Assembly: GCA_043228905.1 (NCBI GenBank)
Contig: JBHGNT010000002.1
Location: forward strand, 12,400,001-12,464,000
Origin: Azolla caroliniana
Lineage: Eukaryota > Plantae > Polypodiophyta
Length of the DNA: 64,000 nt
Direction of reading: 5' to 3'
Below are positions 13,621 through 27,600 of this stretch, in pieces. The notes beneath the pieces were generated by a model, which was not told the DNA's origin, did no database searches, and saw nothing but the letters and a program-made list of their open reading frames with translations. A program made the translations under genes and the position numbers. Every line of letters begins with the position of its first letter. Position 1 is the stretch's first letter.

Positions 13621-16179
13621 TTCTAGTAGAGTTGAGTATTCAAAAGAGTTGTGTGTGTGAGAGAGAGTATGAGTGTATAAGCAAGAGAAGAAATAATTTA
13701 GAATAACCATAAAAGAATAAGAAAATACGCAGTAGGGGGGATGACAACTTATGCACTGAAGAGAGCTATGTTAATTAACTAAATATCATCAACAAAACAG
13801 AATGGGAAAAGGGGGTTTTAGAGGTGGAATCTAACCAACATATCCACTTGAGTACGATATTTTCATAAGAATATCTACTATCCTTTGACCACATTAACAA
13901 TCACACACTTGAGCACACTTTTTCCCACATCTTCCTTTTCTTCATAAGCACAGGTTCACACAAGTTGAGCTTGATTCTCAACATGCCCTCTCAAGGTCAA
14001 TTATGTGTCCACTTAAGCTTGGTTGTCTTGGTGTAGTTGAAGACCTGACTGCAGTTGGTCGGACTACTAAACCGTGGTTTTCCCATTGTTCCTATGTACT
14101 CAATCTTGATCCAGCAATGTCGATCATGTCGATCATGTCGATCCAAAATTTCGAGCTTGTCAATGGTGCCGAGAAGGTCAAGTTTATCTCTAACTTAAAA
14201 AATTTTGGGCTTTGAAAATTCTTCTTCTAACTTGCTGGGTCAAGTCAGATTAGATATACCGGCCTTACTTTGTCGATGTTGGTCTGACTCTTCCTCTTTT
14301 ATGGTGCTGATTTTCCATGTTTTCCTTCTCCTTTGTACTTGTACTTCCCCCCAAGCTCAGGATATCGAGTGGCCTAAGGCCTAGATCCACTGAGAATTAT
14401 CGTAGCTTGTTGAGACCTAGCACCTCAAGGAAAATATCAACCTCGGTAGTTTTTTAAGCCATACAGCTTCGTAAGCAGCTACAACTAGGGCCCTATACTC
14501 CGCCTCATTGCTTGATAGAGCAATTATTGGTTGTTTCTTGCTGCTCTAGGAGATTTCTCCACTACCGAGTGAAAACATAAATCCTGAAGTGGATCGCCTA
14601 TAAGATGCATTGCCCGCGCAATCAACATCTGTGAAACCTTCGAGTTGAAGTGGTACTCCATGCTTATAGAAGATTCCATAATGAAGTGTTCCGCTAACAT
14701 AACGTAACACTCGCTTAGCATAGTCCATGTGAGTGTCACGGGGGGCTTTGCATGAACTGGCTAAGAAGCTCGACCGAATAGCTGAGGACTAGTCGGGTGA
14801 TAATTAGGTAGATAAGACTCCCATTTATTTGGCGATACTGTGTCGACTCGCAGTATTTGCCAGAATCTGCAGTTAGCTTCATATTTCAATCAAGGGGTGT
14901 CGAGATGGACTTACACTCGGTCATTCCGAACTTGTAACGCAAGTTCAACACATAGTGTCATTGTAAGAGTAGGAGCCCTTCTAGAGTTTGAATGACCTCG
15001 ATGCCGAGAAAATAATGTAAGTCATTTAGATCCTTCTTCTCGAACTTCTCTAAAAGCAACTTTTTTATCTTTTGTGTCTCGATGAGGCTTTCTCCACCGA
15101 TGATAAGGTCATCGACATACAAGATTAAGAAGATGAGGCTTTTGGGATTGTTCCGGATATACAATGAGTTATCAGATGCCAATGTCGTGAAGATATGTTG
15201 TAATCTTTGAATGCCATGTTCTTGGGGCTTGCTTCAGTCCATAGAGTGGCTTCTTCAATCGGCAAACTGCAAGTGAATGTTTGCTCGATTCGAAGACCAG
15301 GTGGTTGCATCATGTAAACTTTCTCCTCAAGCTCACCTTGGAGGAATGCGTTCTGCACACCCATTTGATGCAAGTGCCAACATTTCACTGCTGCGAGTGC
15401 AATTACCGTCTTGATAGTGGACATTTTTGCCACCGGAGCAAATGTTTCCTCCTAGTCTATGCCATGGGTTTGAGCATACCCTTTGGCGACTAGCCGAGCC
15501 TTGAACCGATTGACCATGCCATCCGTATTATGCTTTATCTTGAACACCTAGCGGCAACCAGTTGGCATTTTCTTGATTTTAGAGGATGGAACTAAATCCC
15601 AAGTATTGTTGTCAAACAAAGCGCACATCTTCTCCCTCATTGCCACAATCCAATGGGGATCTTGGGCAGCTTCTTTGTAAGTCTTGGGTTGTTGGTTTGT
15701 TGCGACCTTCATCATGAATGCATAGTGGTGCCCCATGTACTCATTGTACCTGAACCTAACTATCAAGTTCTTTTGTTGGTTCAATTGATGGAGTTTTCCT
15801 TTGGTCACCTCCGGGGCCTTCTTCATTTCATACTTGTTGTCAACCGATTGGGGTGAATGATCTGAGTCTTCACCGGACGTCGTGTCCTTGACCTCTTGCT
15901 CAGGTACCATGCCCTTTGTTTTCTTTCTGGGGGTGTAGCACCAAGGTGACAACACATCAGAGGTTTCTTCATGTCATGCAAGACTCTGATTGTTGGATGA
16001 CACCTCAAGTCCAGTCAGCTGGAGTGTGGCTAGACTCTCTATTGGTTCTCCACCCATAATGATCATCAACATCTCTTCTTCTTCACTCTCAGAATCTGCT
16101 CCAGATTTGCTTGTTTCGAACATGACAGGGATAACTGATGTCCGCCATACGATGATGTCACCTCATCAAATACCACTTC

Positions 16180-16634
16180 TATTATAGATCATAATACTAA
16201 TGTAAACTTAAGATAAGGATAATGAAGAAATAGATAGAAAGGAGAAAGAGAAAGAAGGGTGCCGATCCACCCGACCACCCCCGAGCGAAGGGATCGAGAC
16301 GGACTCGAGCCTCGATGGGCGTCCCATACCACCGCCGTGGCGTCGAGTCGTACCTGGTGCTGGCGCGCTCGCTACAAGAGTTGACCCACCACACGAGCAG
16401 AGTCTCGATGTAGTCAAAAGATGATCAAATGAGGGTAGCTAGGCCTCTTATTTATAGCGATACCCAAGGCCCCCAGGCAAGTTCACACTTGACCTAATGG
16501 GTTGTCTCAATCCCGAGGATTAAAAGTAATCCTCCCCTTCTTTACACTCTCATTTAACCCTCACACTTATCCACGTGTATAGAATACTACGGTAAATTCT
16601 TACCACGGGATATTATATGGTCATGCCCGTAACA
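16180..16634 (-). repeat. 3' LTR of the chromovirus
   Basis: Near-identical to 22737-23191; element-strand ends TGTTAC...TAATA. Confidence 0.97.
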
Positions 16635-19600
16635 TACTCCCCCTCTTTAAAACATTGCACTCTTGAAATGGAAAGTTAGGGAAGTTAGTTCTAAGAGTAT
16701 TTTCGCGTTCCCATGTGGCATCTTTTATTGATTTATCCATCCATTTTATTTTGAATTCTCGGATTTCTTTAGTACGTAATTTTTTTGTTTTAACATCGAG
16801 AATTCTTTCTGGTACATGTGGTTTAGAAGATAATTCTTCAGAAGTAACCAGAGTTTCAGTCGTAACTGTATTGTCTCCAGAACCTAGAAGTTCTTTTAGA
16901 CGACTCACATGAAAGACTGGATGAATTCCGACACCATCGGGTAGAGCGAGACGATAGGCTGATGACCCAATGCGTTTGAGGACTGTAAAAGGTCCACAAA
17001 ACCGTGGGGCTAACTTAGCGCACTTACCCGTAGACAATGTCTTAGAATTGTGAGGTACACGTAAAAATACCTTCTGTCCAGGGTTGAATACACGAGGTTG
17101 CCTATGATGATCGGCATAAAAACGCGCTCTATCTTGAGCTGTTTTTATATTATCTCGTGCAATATGCAACATATCTTGCATATCCCGAAGAAAGTTTTGC
17201 GTACTTCGCAACTCATCATGATGTATATTAACATCAATCGGGGCTCGTGGCTGAAAACCATACATCAACATAAAAGGACTATATCCCGTCGACGTATGCT
17301 TGGAGCTGTTATAAGCAAACTCCAAAATTGGGAGATAACGTTCCCATTTTGTTGGTTTTGCACCAACGTATGCTCGAAGCATGTCCTCAATAATTTGATT
17401 TACTCGTTCTGTCTGTCCATCGGATTGAGGATGATCCGTGGAGCTCATGCTCAACGTAGTTTCTAACTTCTTAAAGACTTGTGTCCAGAAGTCACTAGTA
17501 AACTTTGGATCTCGATCACTCACGATATCCATCGGTAACCCATAAAAACGAAACAATTCGTCAACAAATTGGTAAGCCAATTCAGGAGCTGTTACCGTGG
17601 TTTTAGTAGCAATAAATCTGGCCATTTTAGTTAGTCGATCAACGACAACCCATATGGCATCATGACCTTTTTGGGTGCGAGGAAGGCTAACAATAAAATC
17701 CATGGATATGCTTTCCCACTTATTATTGGGAATGTCCAAGGGATGTAAAAGTCCTGCGGCTTTAAGTCGCTCGGCTTTGTTAACCTGACACTGGTGACAT
17801 TTAGTCACATAGCTATGTATGTCAGGACGCATCTTAGGCCAATAAAATTGAGTGGAGATGAGAACGAGTGTACGATGTATTCCAGGGTGCCCTGCTGAGG
17901 GTGCATCATGGCATTCAAAAAGAATCCTCTTTTTGACCTCGGGTAAATCTGGAACACAAACCTTCCCATTACGGTAGAGCAAACCGTTAGCAATGTGGAA
18001 GTATTCCTTCAAGGATGTGGTGGTGTCTGTTCCAGACTCAACTCTAGCCCAGTATTTTGCGAAATAACTATCATCAGGATACTTTCCTCGAAGGTGATCA
18101 TAAAGATCTGATGATATTTCAGTGAAGCTAAGCGTGTTAACTTCACGGATGCGACTTAGTGCATCAGCGACAATGTTCATGGAACCTTTACGATATCGTA
18201 TGGAAAAATCAAAGTCCTGGATGAGATCAGCCCATCGTGCCTTACGACCTTTCAGGTCTTGTTGGTCACAAAAATATTTCAAGGACTCGTGGTCCGTAGT
18301 TACCACAAAGTGATTTCCATAAAGATAATGGCGCCATGTTTTGAGCGCATGTATAACTGCAAATAATTCCTTTTCTTGAACGGTATACCGACATTGAGCA
18401 GAATCAAGTTTCTTACTCTCGAATGCTATTGGTTTACCATCTTGATACAAGACAGCACCTATAGCATAATCGCTTGCATCGGTTTCAACCTCAAAAGGTT
18501 TTGAAGGATCAGGTAAAAGAAGTGAAGGAGCCTTGCAAACCAGGTCCTTGAGTTCCTTAAAGGCGAGGTCTAGTGTACCATTCCACACAATAGGTTTTGT
18601 AGACTTACGTGTTTGACCTTTTAAAAGATCAGTAAACGGCGTCGTCAATTGGGAGTAATTACGAAGAGACTTTCGCAAAAACCCCACAAAACCAAGGAAT
18701 GATCGAACTTCTCGAATATTCCGAAGAGTGGGCCAAAGCTTGATTTTCTCAATGCGAGAAGGATCAATTTCAACTCCTCGTTCGGTTATGAGATGTCCTA
18801 GATAAGTAATTGATTTCTTGAAGAACTCACATTTTGAGATCTTCGCATAAAACTGTTTATCACGCAATGTTTGTAAAACAAAGCGGACATGTCTAGCATG
18901 TTCTTGTAATGTACGGCTATAAACTAAAATATCATCCAAGAAAATAACGACAAATTTTCCAAGTTGTTCTCGGAAAATGTCATTCATTTCTTGTTGAAAA
19001 GTAGCCGGAGCATTGGTCAAACCAAAAGGCATAACCAAAAACTCGTAATGGCCATAGCGCGTACAAAATGCTGTTTTAGGAACATCGTCCTCACTTATTC
19101 GTATTTGATGGTAGCCAGTACGGAGATCAAGTTTCGTAAAATACCGAGCTCCCTGGAGACGGTCAATTAGATCGTCAGGCCGGGGCAATGGATACGAATT
19201 CTTGATCGTCACTTTATTCAAGCGTCGGTAATTAATACACATACGCCATGTGCCCTCTTTCTTTTTAACCAAGAGAACTGGTGCACCCCATGGAGATTTA
19301 CTATAACGTATATAACCCATTCGTAAATAGTCCTTGAGTTGCTTAGATACCTCATCTTCTTCGGATCGACTTAAGCGATACGGAGGTATACTTATTGGTG
19401 CAACACCAGGTACAATATCTATACGATGGTCTATATTACGTTTAGGAGGTAACCCATCAGGTAGTTCACTTGGAAAAACATCATGAAAATCATTTAAGAT
19501 TTCATCAAGTTGTTGTTGTTCAAAATATGTTAATTGAATCGGGACATTATCGATATTGTAAACGTGAATGTTCGGATCAAATACACAATAAAATAACGTA

Positions 19601-21047
19601 GAACAAGACAACTCGGATATTGATGGACACGAGGAAACAATCGAGAGGGATTGTTTTTTTACACATTGAATAAAATGCGTACAATCGTTCAGTACAAAAG
19701 AAATGGAATGACGAACCCAATCAATAAATAAAGAAGAGTTTTTATTATAAAACCAGGGATAACCCAGTATTACATCGGTGGTACAAAGATTCATTACATG
19801 GAAGTCTACTTCCTCTATATAAGTATCAATAGAAATTCCTAATGAATGAATCGCCCCGTTGATGTATTGTACTCTTCCATCAGCCAAGTGCACCGTGTAG
19901 GTGTGATCACTTACGGTGGGTTGGATTCCCCATATCTGAACCAAACGATCATTCACAAAATTGTGTGAGCTTCCCGAATCAAATAAAAATTGTATGGGAG
20001 ATCCATTGATATACCCGTTTGCACGTAGTAAATCATTGGGACCCAATACATAGTGAGGGAAAGAACATTGACAATTACTTAAATGATGTGTATAGACCTG
20101 AAGGACATTAGGAATCTGACCTTTATGGTCTGCAGCTTTAGCTTTGTTGTCGTGCTCTTTCCGTTGGAGCTTTCGACATTGTTCTTTTGTATGACCCTTC
20201 TTTTTGCAGAATACACAAAAAGGATGTTGTCGCTTACAATCGCGATCCAGGAATTCGTTGGGTGTCTTGCGTTTCCCAACAAATTGCGACTGCTTAGTCC
20301 CGGGCGCTTCGTTGGGTTTGTTATGGTCCTTCTTCGAAGTGCGTTGATAGCGAAGAACTATTTCAACGGCCTCTTCGAAGGATTTTGGATCCTTATCGTG
20401 CACTATCCAGTGATAGTCCGAATTGGGGATGCCATTGACAAAACAAGCTATCAACCAATTGTCCCCTTCTAGACCCGATTTTTGGATTTGGGTTCTAGTA
20501 TGGTGAACATAGTCCTCTAGCGAGGAAAATTTCCTGCTAGAGAGGTTCATTAAAGCTTGTGCTGCCTCGGTTCGAGAGGGAGGTTGCAGAAATTGGCCCT
20601 TAAAAACCATGACAAAATCTGTCCAGGTATCGGGCAATTTCCCCATAGTACGGAGCCCACGCCACCAGGCGGCGGCCTTACCCCCGAGTTCTCGGCCGAC
20701 ATATGCAATCTTCGTACTATCTGGCGTGGGATAGAGCTCAAAATGAGACTCCCATCGTCCCAGCCATGTGCAGATTGCTTCTTCGGTTCTTTCCTTTTTG
20801 TCTCCCGTAAATGGCTTAACGACAAATGATGGTTCACCTTGTCAGGTCTATTAGTCTCACGTTGTAGACTAATGACACGTGCCTCAAGAGCACTCTGAGA
20901 TTGCCGAAGTTCGGTCATCTGTTGAGCGGTGAAACTAAGGTATTGGGTTATTTGTGCCAAATACATCTCAGTGGACATTTGTCCAGGAGGATTCCCTTGA
21001 GTTCCTTCCGCTTGAGCGGATGACATCGGGTCGTTAATTTGAGCCAT
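16621..21047 (-). CDS. Gag-Pol polyprotein (gag, CCHC zinc knuckle, aspartic protease, RT, RNase H, integrase, chromodomain), with one frameshift near 20833
   Basis: 1341-aa ORF with [63 protein letters not shown] and the chromodomain PERILD...FKIKW...ATWE. The upstream ORF from ATG 21047 supplies the gag N-terminus in another frame. Confidence 0.95.
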
Positions 21048-22736
21048 TAAAGATTATTTCTGGAAAAGAAATAGGATAAGGTCAGAGATATAGTCATAAC
21101 ATCTTGTCGTGATGTAAACATATCATGGGCGAGCATTAATCGATATCATTATCTCACGTCAATACCCCTCTAGACGTATGAGATGAGGTTCAAGATCAGG
21201 TTACTATGGTAACACAAAGGTGTTTTAAAAACCATGGGGGTGACAAATAAATGTCTTTCCCTGATCTCTATATCGATTTTTTCATGGTGGCTCCCCGAGG
21301 CTCAACCATGTATGTTCGCGTCATGAATAGTTTATACACGAAAAAAAATGTTAACAATAAACTATGTTTCGGTGCCCACATAAGTGGTTTCGGCTCTTTA
21401 AGTCCTATTACGAGGACCCCGAGGTGCACTTAGACCTTAAGTCTAAACATGTGTTATAGTCATATGTATCAAGGATGTTGTATGGTCTTGGACATATTTG
21501 AACTCGAGACCTCGAGAACAAATACATTAAACACTTGAGCCAACCAAGTAAGTTGCTCTTCTCGAATGCTTAATGTTTGATGTGTATAAGAGATATGCGA
21601 GGCAATTGATCATATATGTTTTTTTAAAAGAACATATATGTCAAGGGTCCTTATTTCGCCCTCATTTACCAAAACTATGTTGGTACGCTACCTAACCTCA
21701 AGTCTCGTAATTACGATGGCATACGCCAAAGTGCAACCTAATGGTCAAGCCAAATGAGCCCTCGTTTCGTAGTAGGCTCATGTGGGCCATCACATGGTCA
21801 CGTCATTACGAATGCCTCTCGTAAGAACGAGCTCATGGTGGCATCGTATCCATGTAACGAGGGAGGGATGTTGGATACGTGCGTCATTGGAGCGACCTCA
21901 CTTGAAGTGGGTCAAGCCCTACGTACTCAACATCATTTTGGCTATTCGCGTTTCTTTACGTAACGAAATCGAGGTCGTCAATGGGGTTATCAACAATAAA
22001 ACAATGTTGAAAAAGGGATGGTGACAACGCCATTCTCACAAAAATGTGAGGACGGCCACCAACATCCTTTTCCCGACAAGGACAACTTTCGATATAATCA
22101 CGTAATAACGAATATACACATATGTTTACTTATCACATATATACGATCAAATACGTATATATGTGACCACATATGCCTATATTAAACATATCGTTATATT
22201 AAATAGCCACAAATGATGTGATCGAGATACGTAATCGAGGTATATACCTCTACGCACACGAAACATCCACAAATAAGAGATCATCGTAATACGCAATGGA
22301 GGTATTGACCTCTTACGCATACGAGACCAAACGCATATCGTTTACAACAAATCAAGGTATTAAACTCATACGCAAACGTAACATATGTTCGTGATCGTAA
22401 TACGTAATTGAGGTATTAACCTCGTACGCATACGACACTCATCACATATTATTAATATGTCAAACGAGGTATTGACCCCGTGCACATATGTAAACGTTTT
22501 AGATAATCAATTAAAGACCACTACAACATCATTGATTTAATGAAAAAAATTACATATAAACTAAACACATGATTAGATGGGAGAAGAGAGAATAGAAAGA
22601 AAAATTAAGGAAAGAGTTACCGAAGTTCTTTGTTGATCGTTGTCTGGATCAAGGCCAACCGCACAACGATCGATCAGCATCAATCAAAAGACAAATGAAA
22701 AACAAAGAAACATTAGTAAAAAAATCTGATACCAAA

Positions 22737-23191
22737 TATTATAGATCATAATACTAATGTAAGCTTAAGATAAGGATAATGAAGAAATAGATAGAAAGGA
22801 GAAAGAGAAAGAAGGGTGCCGATCCACCCGACCACCCCCGAGCGAAGGGATCGAGACGGACTCGAGCCTCGATCGGCGTCCCATACCACCGCCGTGGCGT
22901 CGAGTCGTACCTGGTGCTGGCGCGCTCGCTACAAGAGTTGACCCACCACACGAGCAGAGTCTCGATGTAGTCAAAAGATGATCAAATGAGGGTAGCTAGG
23001 CCTCTTATTTATAGCGATACCGAAGGCCCCCAGGCAAGTTCACACTTGACCTAATGGGTTGTCTCAATCCCGAGGATTAAAAGTAATCCTCCCCTTCTTT
23101 ACACTCTCATTTAACCCTCACACTTATCCACGTGTATAGAATACTACGGTAAATTCTTACCACGGGATATTATATGGTCATGCCCGTAACA
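22737..23191 (-). repeat. 5' LTR of the chromovirus
   Basis: Near-identical to 16180-16634; followed on the minus strand by PBS tttggtatcagat. Confidence 0.97.
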
Positions 23192-23584
23192 ACTTCTCTG
23201 CTTATTCGTGATTGTCGAGTGATGGGGTTAAAGGGTGAAAGCATGCGAGTGGAAACAATTAGCTATGTCCTTGACATAGCTAATTAGCTATGCAAAAAGC
23301 TACCATTGATAAATAGTCATTTTAGTAAAAAGCCATCATTAATAAATTAAGTATGCAAAAAACTACCATTGAAAATACTAGAGTGTTTTAATTACATATG
23401 TAAATGAGTGCCATAAATGTGCAACATAAATTGATGTGTGCACCATAAATGTGTACCATAAATTATATATCGAATTCCTAGGTCCATTATGCATGATCCT
23501 TTGCCACATCACGTAGGCCATCTCTAGTTGAGTACTGTGGGTTAGTTGCTACCACTGTTGCTAAACCCTATCGAGTCCACCTGC

Positions 23585-24430
23585 CGCCACTCTACACTGA
23601 GGGGCTGCTACTGTGCGTTCCAAGCATCATCAAAGAGCTGCTCAATCTGACGGGGTTCTCTTCTTTGTGACACTCTACACTCAGGGGCCACTATTGTGCA
23701 TTCCAAGCATCATCAAAGAGCTGTTCAATCTGACGGGGTTCTCTTCTCTGTGCCACTCTACACTCAGGGGCCATTACTGTGCGTTCCAAGCATCATCAAA
23801 GAGCTGTTCAATCTGAGGGGGTTCTCTTCTCTGTGCCACTCTACACTCAGGGGCCATTACTGTGCGTTCCAAGCATCATCAAAGAGCTGTTCAATCTGAG
23901 GGGGTTCTCTTCTCTGTGCCACTCTACACTCAGGGGCCGCTGCTGTGCGTTCCAAGCATCATCAAAGAGTTGTTCAATCTGACGGGGTTCTCTTCTCTTT
24001 GCCACTCTACACTCAGGGGTTGCTACTGTGCGTTCCAAGCATAATCGAAGAGCTATTCAATCTGACGGGGTTCTCTTCTCTTTTCCACTCTCACTCAGGG
24101 GCCGCTACTGTGCGTTTCAAGCATCATTGGTAACTGTTCAATCTGACGGGGTTCTCTTCTCTTTTCCACTCTCACTCAGGGGCCGCTACTGTGCGTTTCA
24201 AGCATCATTGGTAACTGTTCAATCTGACGGGGTTCTCTTCTCTATGCCACTCTATTCTCAAGTGCCTTCTATGTGCGTTTCAAGCATCATCGGTAACTGT
24301 TCAATCTGACGGGGTTCTCTCCTCCATTGCCATCATTCTATACTCAGTTGCCACTACTGTCCAGTCCCGGATTGCTTCCACATTTCGATTTGACGGAGTT
24401 CACTCATCCAACGGCAACATTCTACACTCA
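23585..24430. repeat. Subterminal tandem array, about 10 copies of an 81-83-bp unit, decaying rightwards
   Basis: Unit ccactctacactcaggggccattactgtgcgttccaagcatcatcaaagagctgttcaatctga...; spurious ORF starts recur at exactly 83-bp spacing (23613, 23696, 23779, 23862, 23945, 24028). Confidence 0.95.
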
Positions 24431-24667
24431 GTTGTTGCCATTGGTCGGTCTTGGATCGCCTCCTCAACTGTTGGATCCAACAGAGTGAAATCCTCTACTG
24501 TTCGGTCTTGGATTGCAATAACTTTTCTGTCTATTGATTATCTTGTGTATTGTTGTGTCTAATCTTGTGTATTGTGTGGAATATTTTTGTGTATTGTTGT
24601 TGCCCATAGCCATCTTTAATACTTGTTTTTTTTTCTGGAAATTTAGGGTTTTAACATGTCTAGCCAA

Positions 24668-27600
24668 ATGGAAGGGGAAGAAGGGTGTTTAGAATTACCC
24701 CTCAATGATCATAAGGATAGGGATGATGTTATCAGGACACAACAAGCCATACGAAACTATTGGGCAGAAAAAAAAGGAAACATCGTCAATTGTTGAAGGA
24801 TACGAAAGCCACACTCAGTAAAGGTAAGGATAGTTTAGATGAGAATGTAAGTAATGCGACTACCATCATAGAGAGAAAGGTTGTAGACTATTTCAATGTT
24901 CAAACCAAGCACATCAGCAATGAAGAAAAGAAGGTAGTACTTTATGGAATATGTAATGATCCATCGATAAAGGACTTAGTTGATTGTGATGGTCTTAATG
25001 CAAACATATCATCTATTTTAGTAAATAATCTTCGTAATAGTTTCGTATCCATGAGCAGGTCAGAAGATGATCTTGTCTTAAAAAGGTCTAGTCTAATGAT
25101 GTTACTTAATAGTGATGTTGACGATATAAACATCAGTGAGCTATCTAAGGTAATTGGTGTTAGTAGAAAAACAGTGTACAATACAATGAACCGTATAATT
25201 TCCTCGGGTGAAGGAACTAGTCTACTAAAGCTAACTACAAGATGTAAGCCAATGACACCCATAACATTTGAAATCAAGGATGTAATCACAATGTTTTGGA
25301 CTAATGAGAGTAGGGTTTCACCCAATAAAAAGGATTTATGCAGGAAACGTGTTGGAAGAAATCAATACGAGGAGCATCCCATTCATCTTCTTGATGTACC
25401 TCAGGTATTTACATTTATCTCAACATTTGTTTTGACTCTACTCGGAAAGTTAATTAGCTCAGTTAGCAGAAAAGCTAATTAGCTGTACTGCTAGCTAGTT
25501 AGCTATCATGGTAGCTAGTTAGCTATTTCGTTATTACCAGCTAATTAGCTACTAGGAAAGCTAATTAGCTACCATGATAGCTAATTAGCTACTATGATAG
25601 CTACTACATAGGTAACTGGCTACTCTCAATAGCTACTACCATGATAGCTAATTAGTTAGGATAGCTAATTAGCCACCATTATAGCTAATTAGCTACTAGA
25701 CCAGCTAATTAGCTACCATGATAGCTAATTAGTTACTAGGACAGCTAATTAGCCACCGTGATAGCTAATTAGCTACCATGATAGCTAATTAGCTACTATA
25801 CCAGCTAATTAGCTACCATGATAGCTAATTAGTTACTAGGAAAGCTAATCAGCCACCATTATAGCTAATTAGCTACTAGACTAGCTAATTAGCTACCACG
25901 ATAGCTAATTAGCTACTAGACCAGCTAATTAGCTACCATGATAGCTAATTAGTTACTAGGAAAGCTAATTAGCCACCATGATAGCTAATTAGCTAGTAGA
26001 CAAGCTAATTAGCCACCATGATAGCTAATTAGCTACTAGGACAACTAATTAGCTACTAGGACAGCTAATTAGCTACCATGATAGCTAATTAGCTACTACG
26101 ACAGCTAATTAGCTACCATGATAGCTAATTAGCTACTAGAATAGCTAATTAGCTACTAGAATAGCTAATTAGCTACCATGATAGCTAATTAGCTACTACG
26201 ACAGCTAATTAGCTACCATGATAGCTAATTAGCTACTAGAATAGCTAATTAGCTACCATGATAGCTAATTAGCTACTACGACAGCTAATTAGCTACCATG
26301 ATAGCTAATTAGCTACTACGACAGCTAATTAGCTACCATGATAGCTAATTAGCTACTAGAATAGCTAATTAGCTACCATGATAGCTAATTAGCTACTACG
26401 ACAACTAATTAACTACCATGATAGCTAATTAGCTACTAGGACAACTAATTAGCTACCATGATAGCTAATTAGCTACTAGAATAGCTAACTAGCTACTAGA
26501 ATAGCTAACTAGCTACTAGAATAGCTAATTAGCTACTAGGATAGTTAGCTAGTTACGAGAATAACTAATTCCCCTTTATTACGCAGGTCGATTTATTTAT
26601 TAGGTTCAAACGAATGCATCCAACTATCAAAGTTCAACTACGAACATTCGAGTCTCTTAAGCCACACTTTGTGAGACGCTTAAAGGATCGATACACATGT
26701 TGTTGCATTTACCATGTACAGATGGGTTTTCTGAAGGACTCTGTTAATCTACTACGTCACCATAGCGCATCCCTAACTAATACAGTTTGCACATGTGGGT
26801 GCCAAATCTGTCGATCAAGCCCGCAAGAGGAGTGTAAATCATCTGAGCACGTTATCTCTTCCATGAGTTATTTATTAGATTCAATATTGTGTCCGAGAGA
26901 ATCTGACGCTATCTTCCATATTCATAAATGTGTCATGGGTTTATGTCAAGATTGTGGCCCTACTAGATTTAGGTGGTGTCCAAATGAATTGAGTAGTGAA
27001 ATATTGATCTCTGTGAAGTTATTTGAGTCAGTGAACACCAATTTCGAAGGAAAGGTGTGTAAAAGAAAGGATCTAGTTCGGAAGATGCTTAAACCAAGGG
27101 ATTTGGTGTCTCTGTTTGTAGTATCTCTAGGAAAGTTCATTAAACACAACTTCATTTATTCATGGCAGGCCCATCAGTTTAAGACTTGCATATCTGATTT
27201 CCCAAATGATGTAGTAGTCTCAGTAGTAGATTTCGCAGAGAATTATACTTTCAAGCAGCAGAATGAAATTCAATCTATGCATTGGTGTTCAGTTCAGGTA
27301 ACCATTTTTGTGCACATAACATATTTTCGAGTTTCAGGTGATGTTAAAAAAGTAATTCATTTCTTTATTTCCGATGATAAGAAGCATGATACCTTGTTCG
27401 TCCAACACTGTTTTAAGTTACATTGGCAGTGGTTATTAGCTCAACGTTTGGAGCTTACTCAACATTGGGTCTGGTCTGACGGAGCTGCGTCACAATTCAA
27501 GGCTCGACGTCCATTTTATTTTGTGGGGAGGTATCCTGCTATAACAGGTTTGGAGATGAGATGGAATTTTTTTGGGTCTGGCCATGGTAAAGGTGAACAT

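Larger units (their letters stand above)
16180..23191 (-). mobile_element. Young full-length Ty3/gypsy chromovirus-type LTR retrotransposon (7012 bp), TSD ACTTC
   Basis: 455-bp LTRs at 16180-16634 and 22737-23191 differ at 3 positions by my reading. TSD ACTTC at 16175-16179 and 23192-23196. PBS TGGTATCAGA (tRNA-Met type) at ~22725-22734 minus. PPT aaagagggggagta before the 3' LTR. Confidence 0.97.

Noticed and set aside
16197-16417. Small duplicated ORFs, also at 22754-22974 and 3911-4177
   Set aside because: They are incidental frames within LTR copies.
23585-24430. CRISPR-like array or repeated small genes (83-bp periodic ORFs)
   Set aside because: Units repeat in full with no unique spacers, there are no cas genes and the context is eukaryotic; the ORFs are by-products of the repeat.
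25465-26570. CRISPR array from the palindromic 20-bp repeat
   Set aside because: The variable part is only ~6 bp and is itself repeated; it is an intronic satellite.
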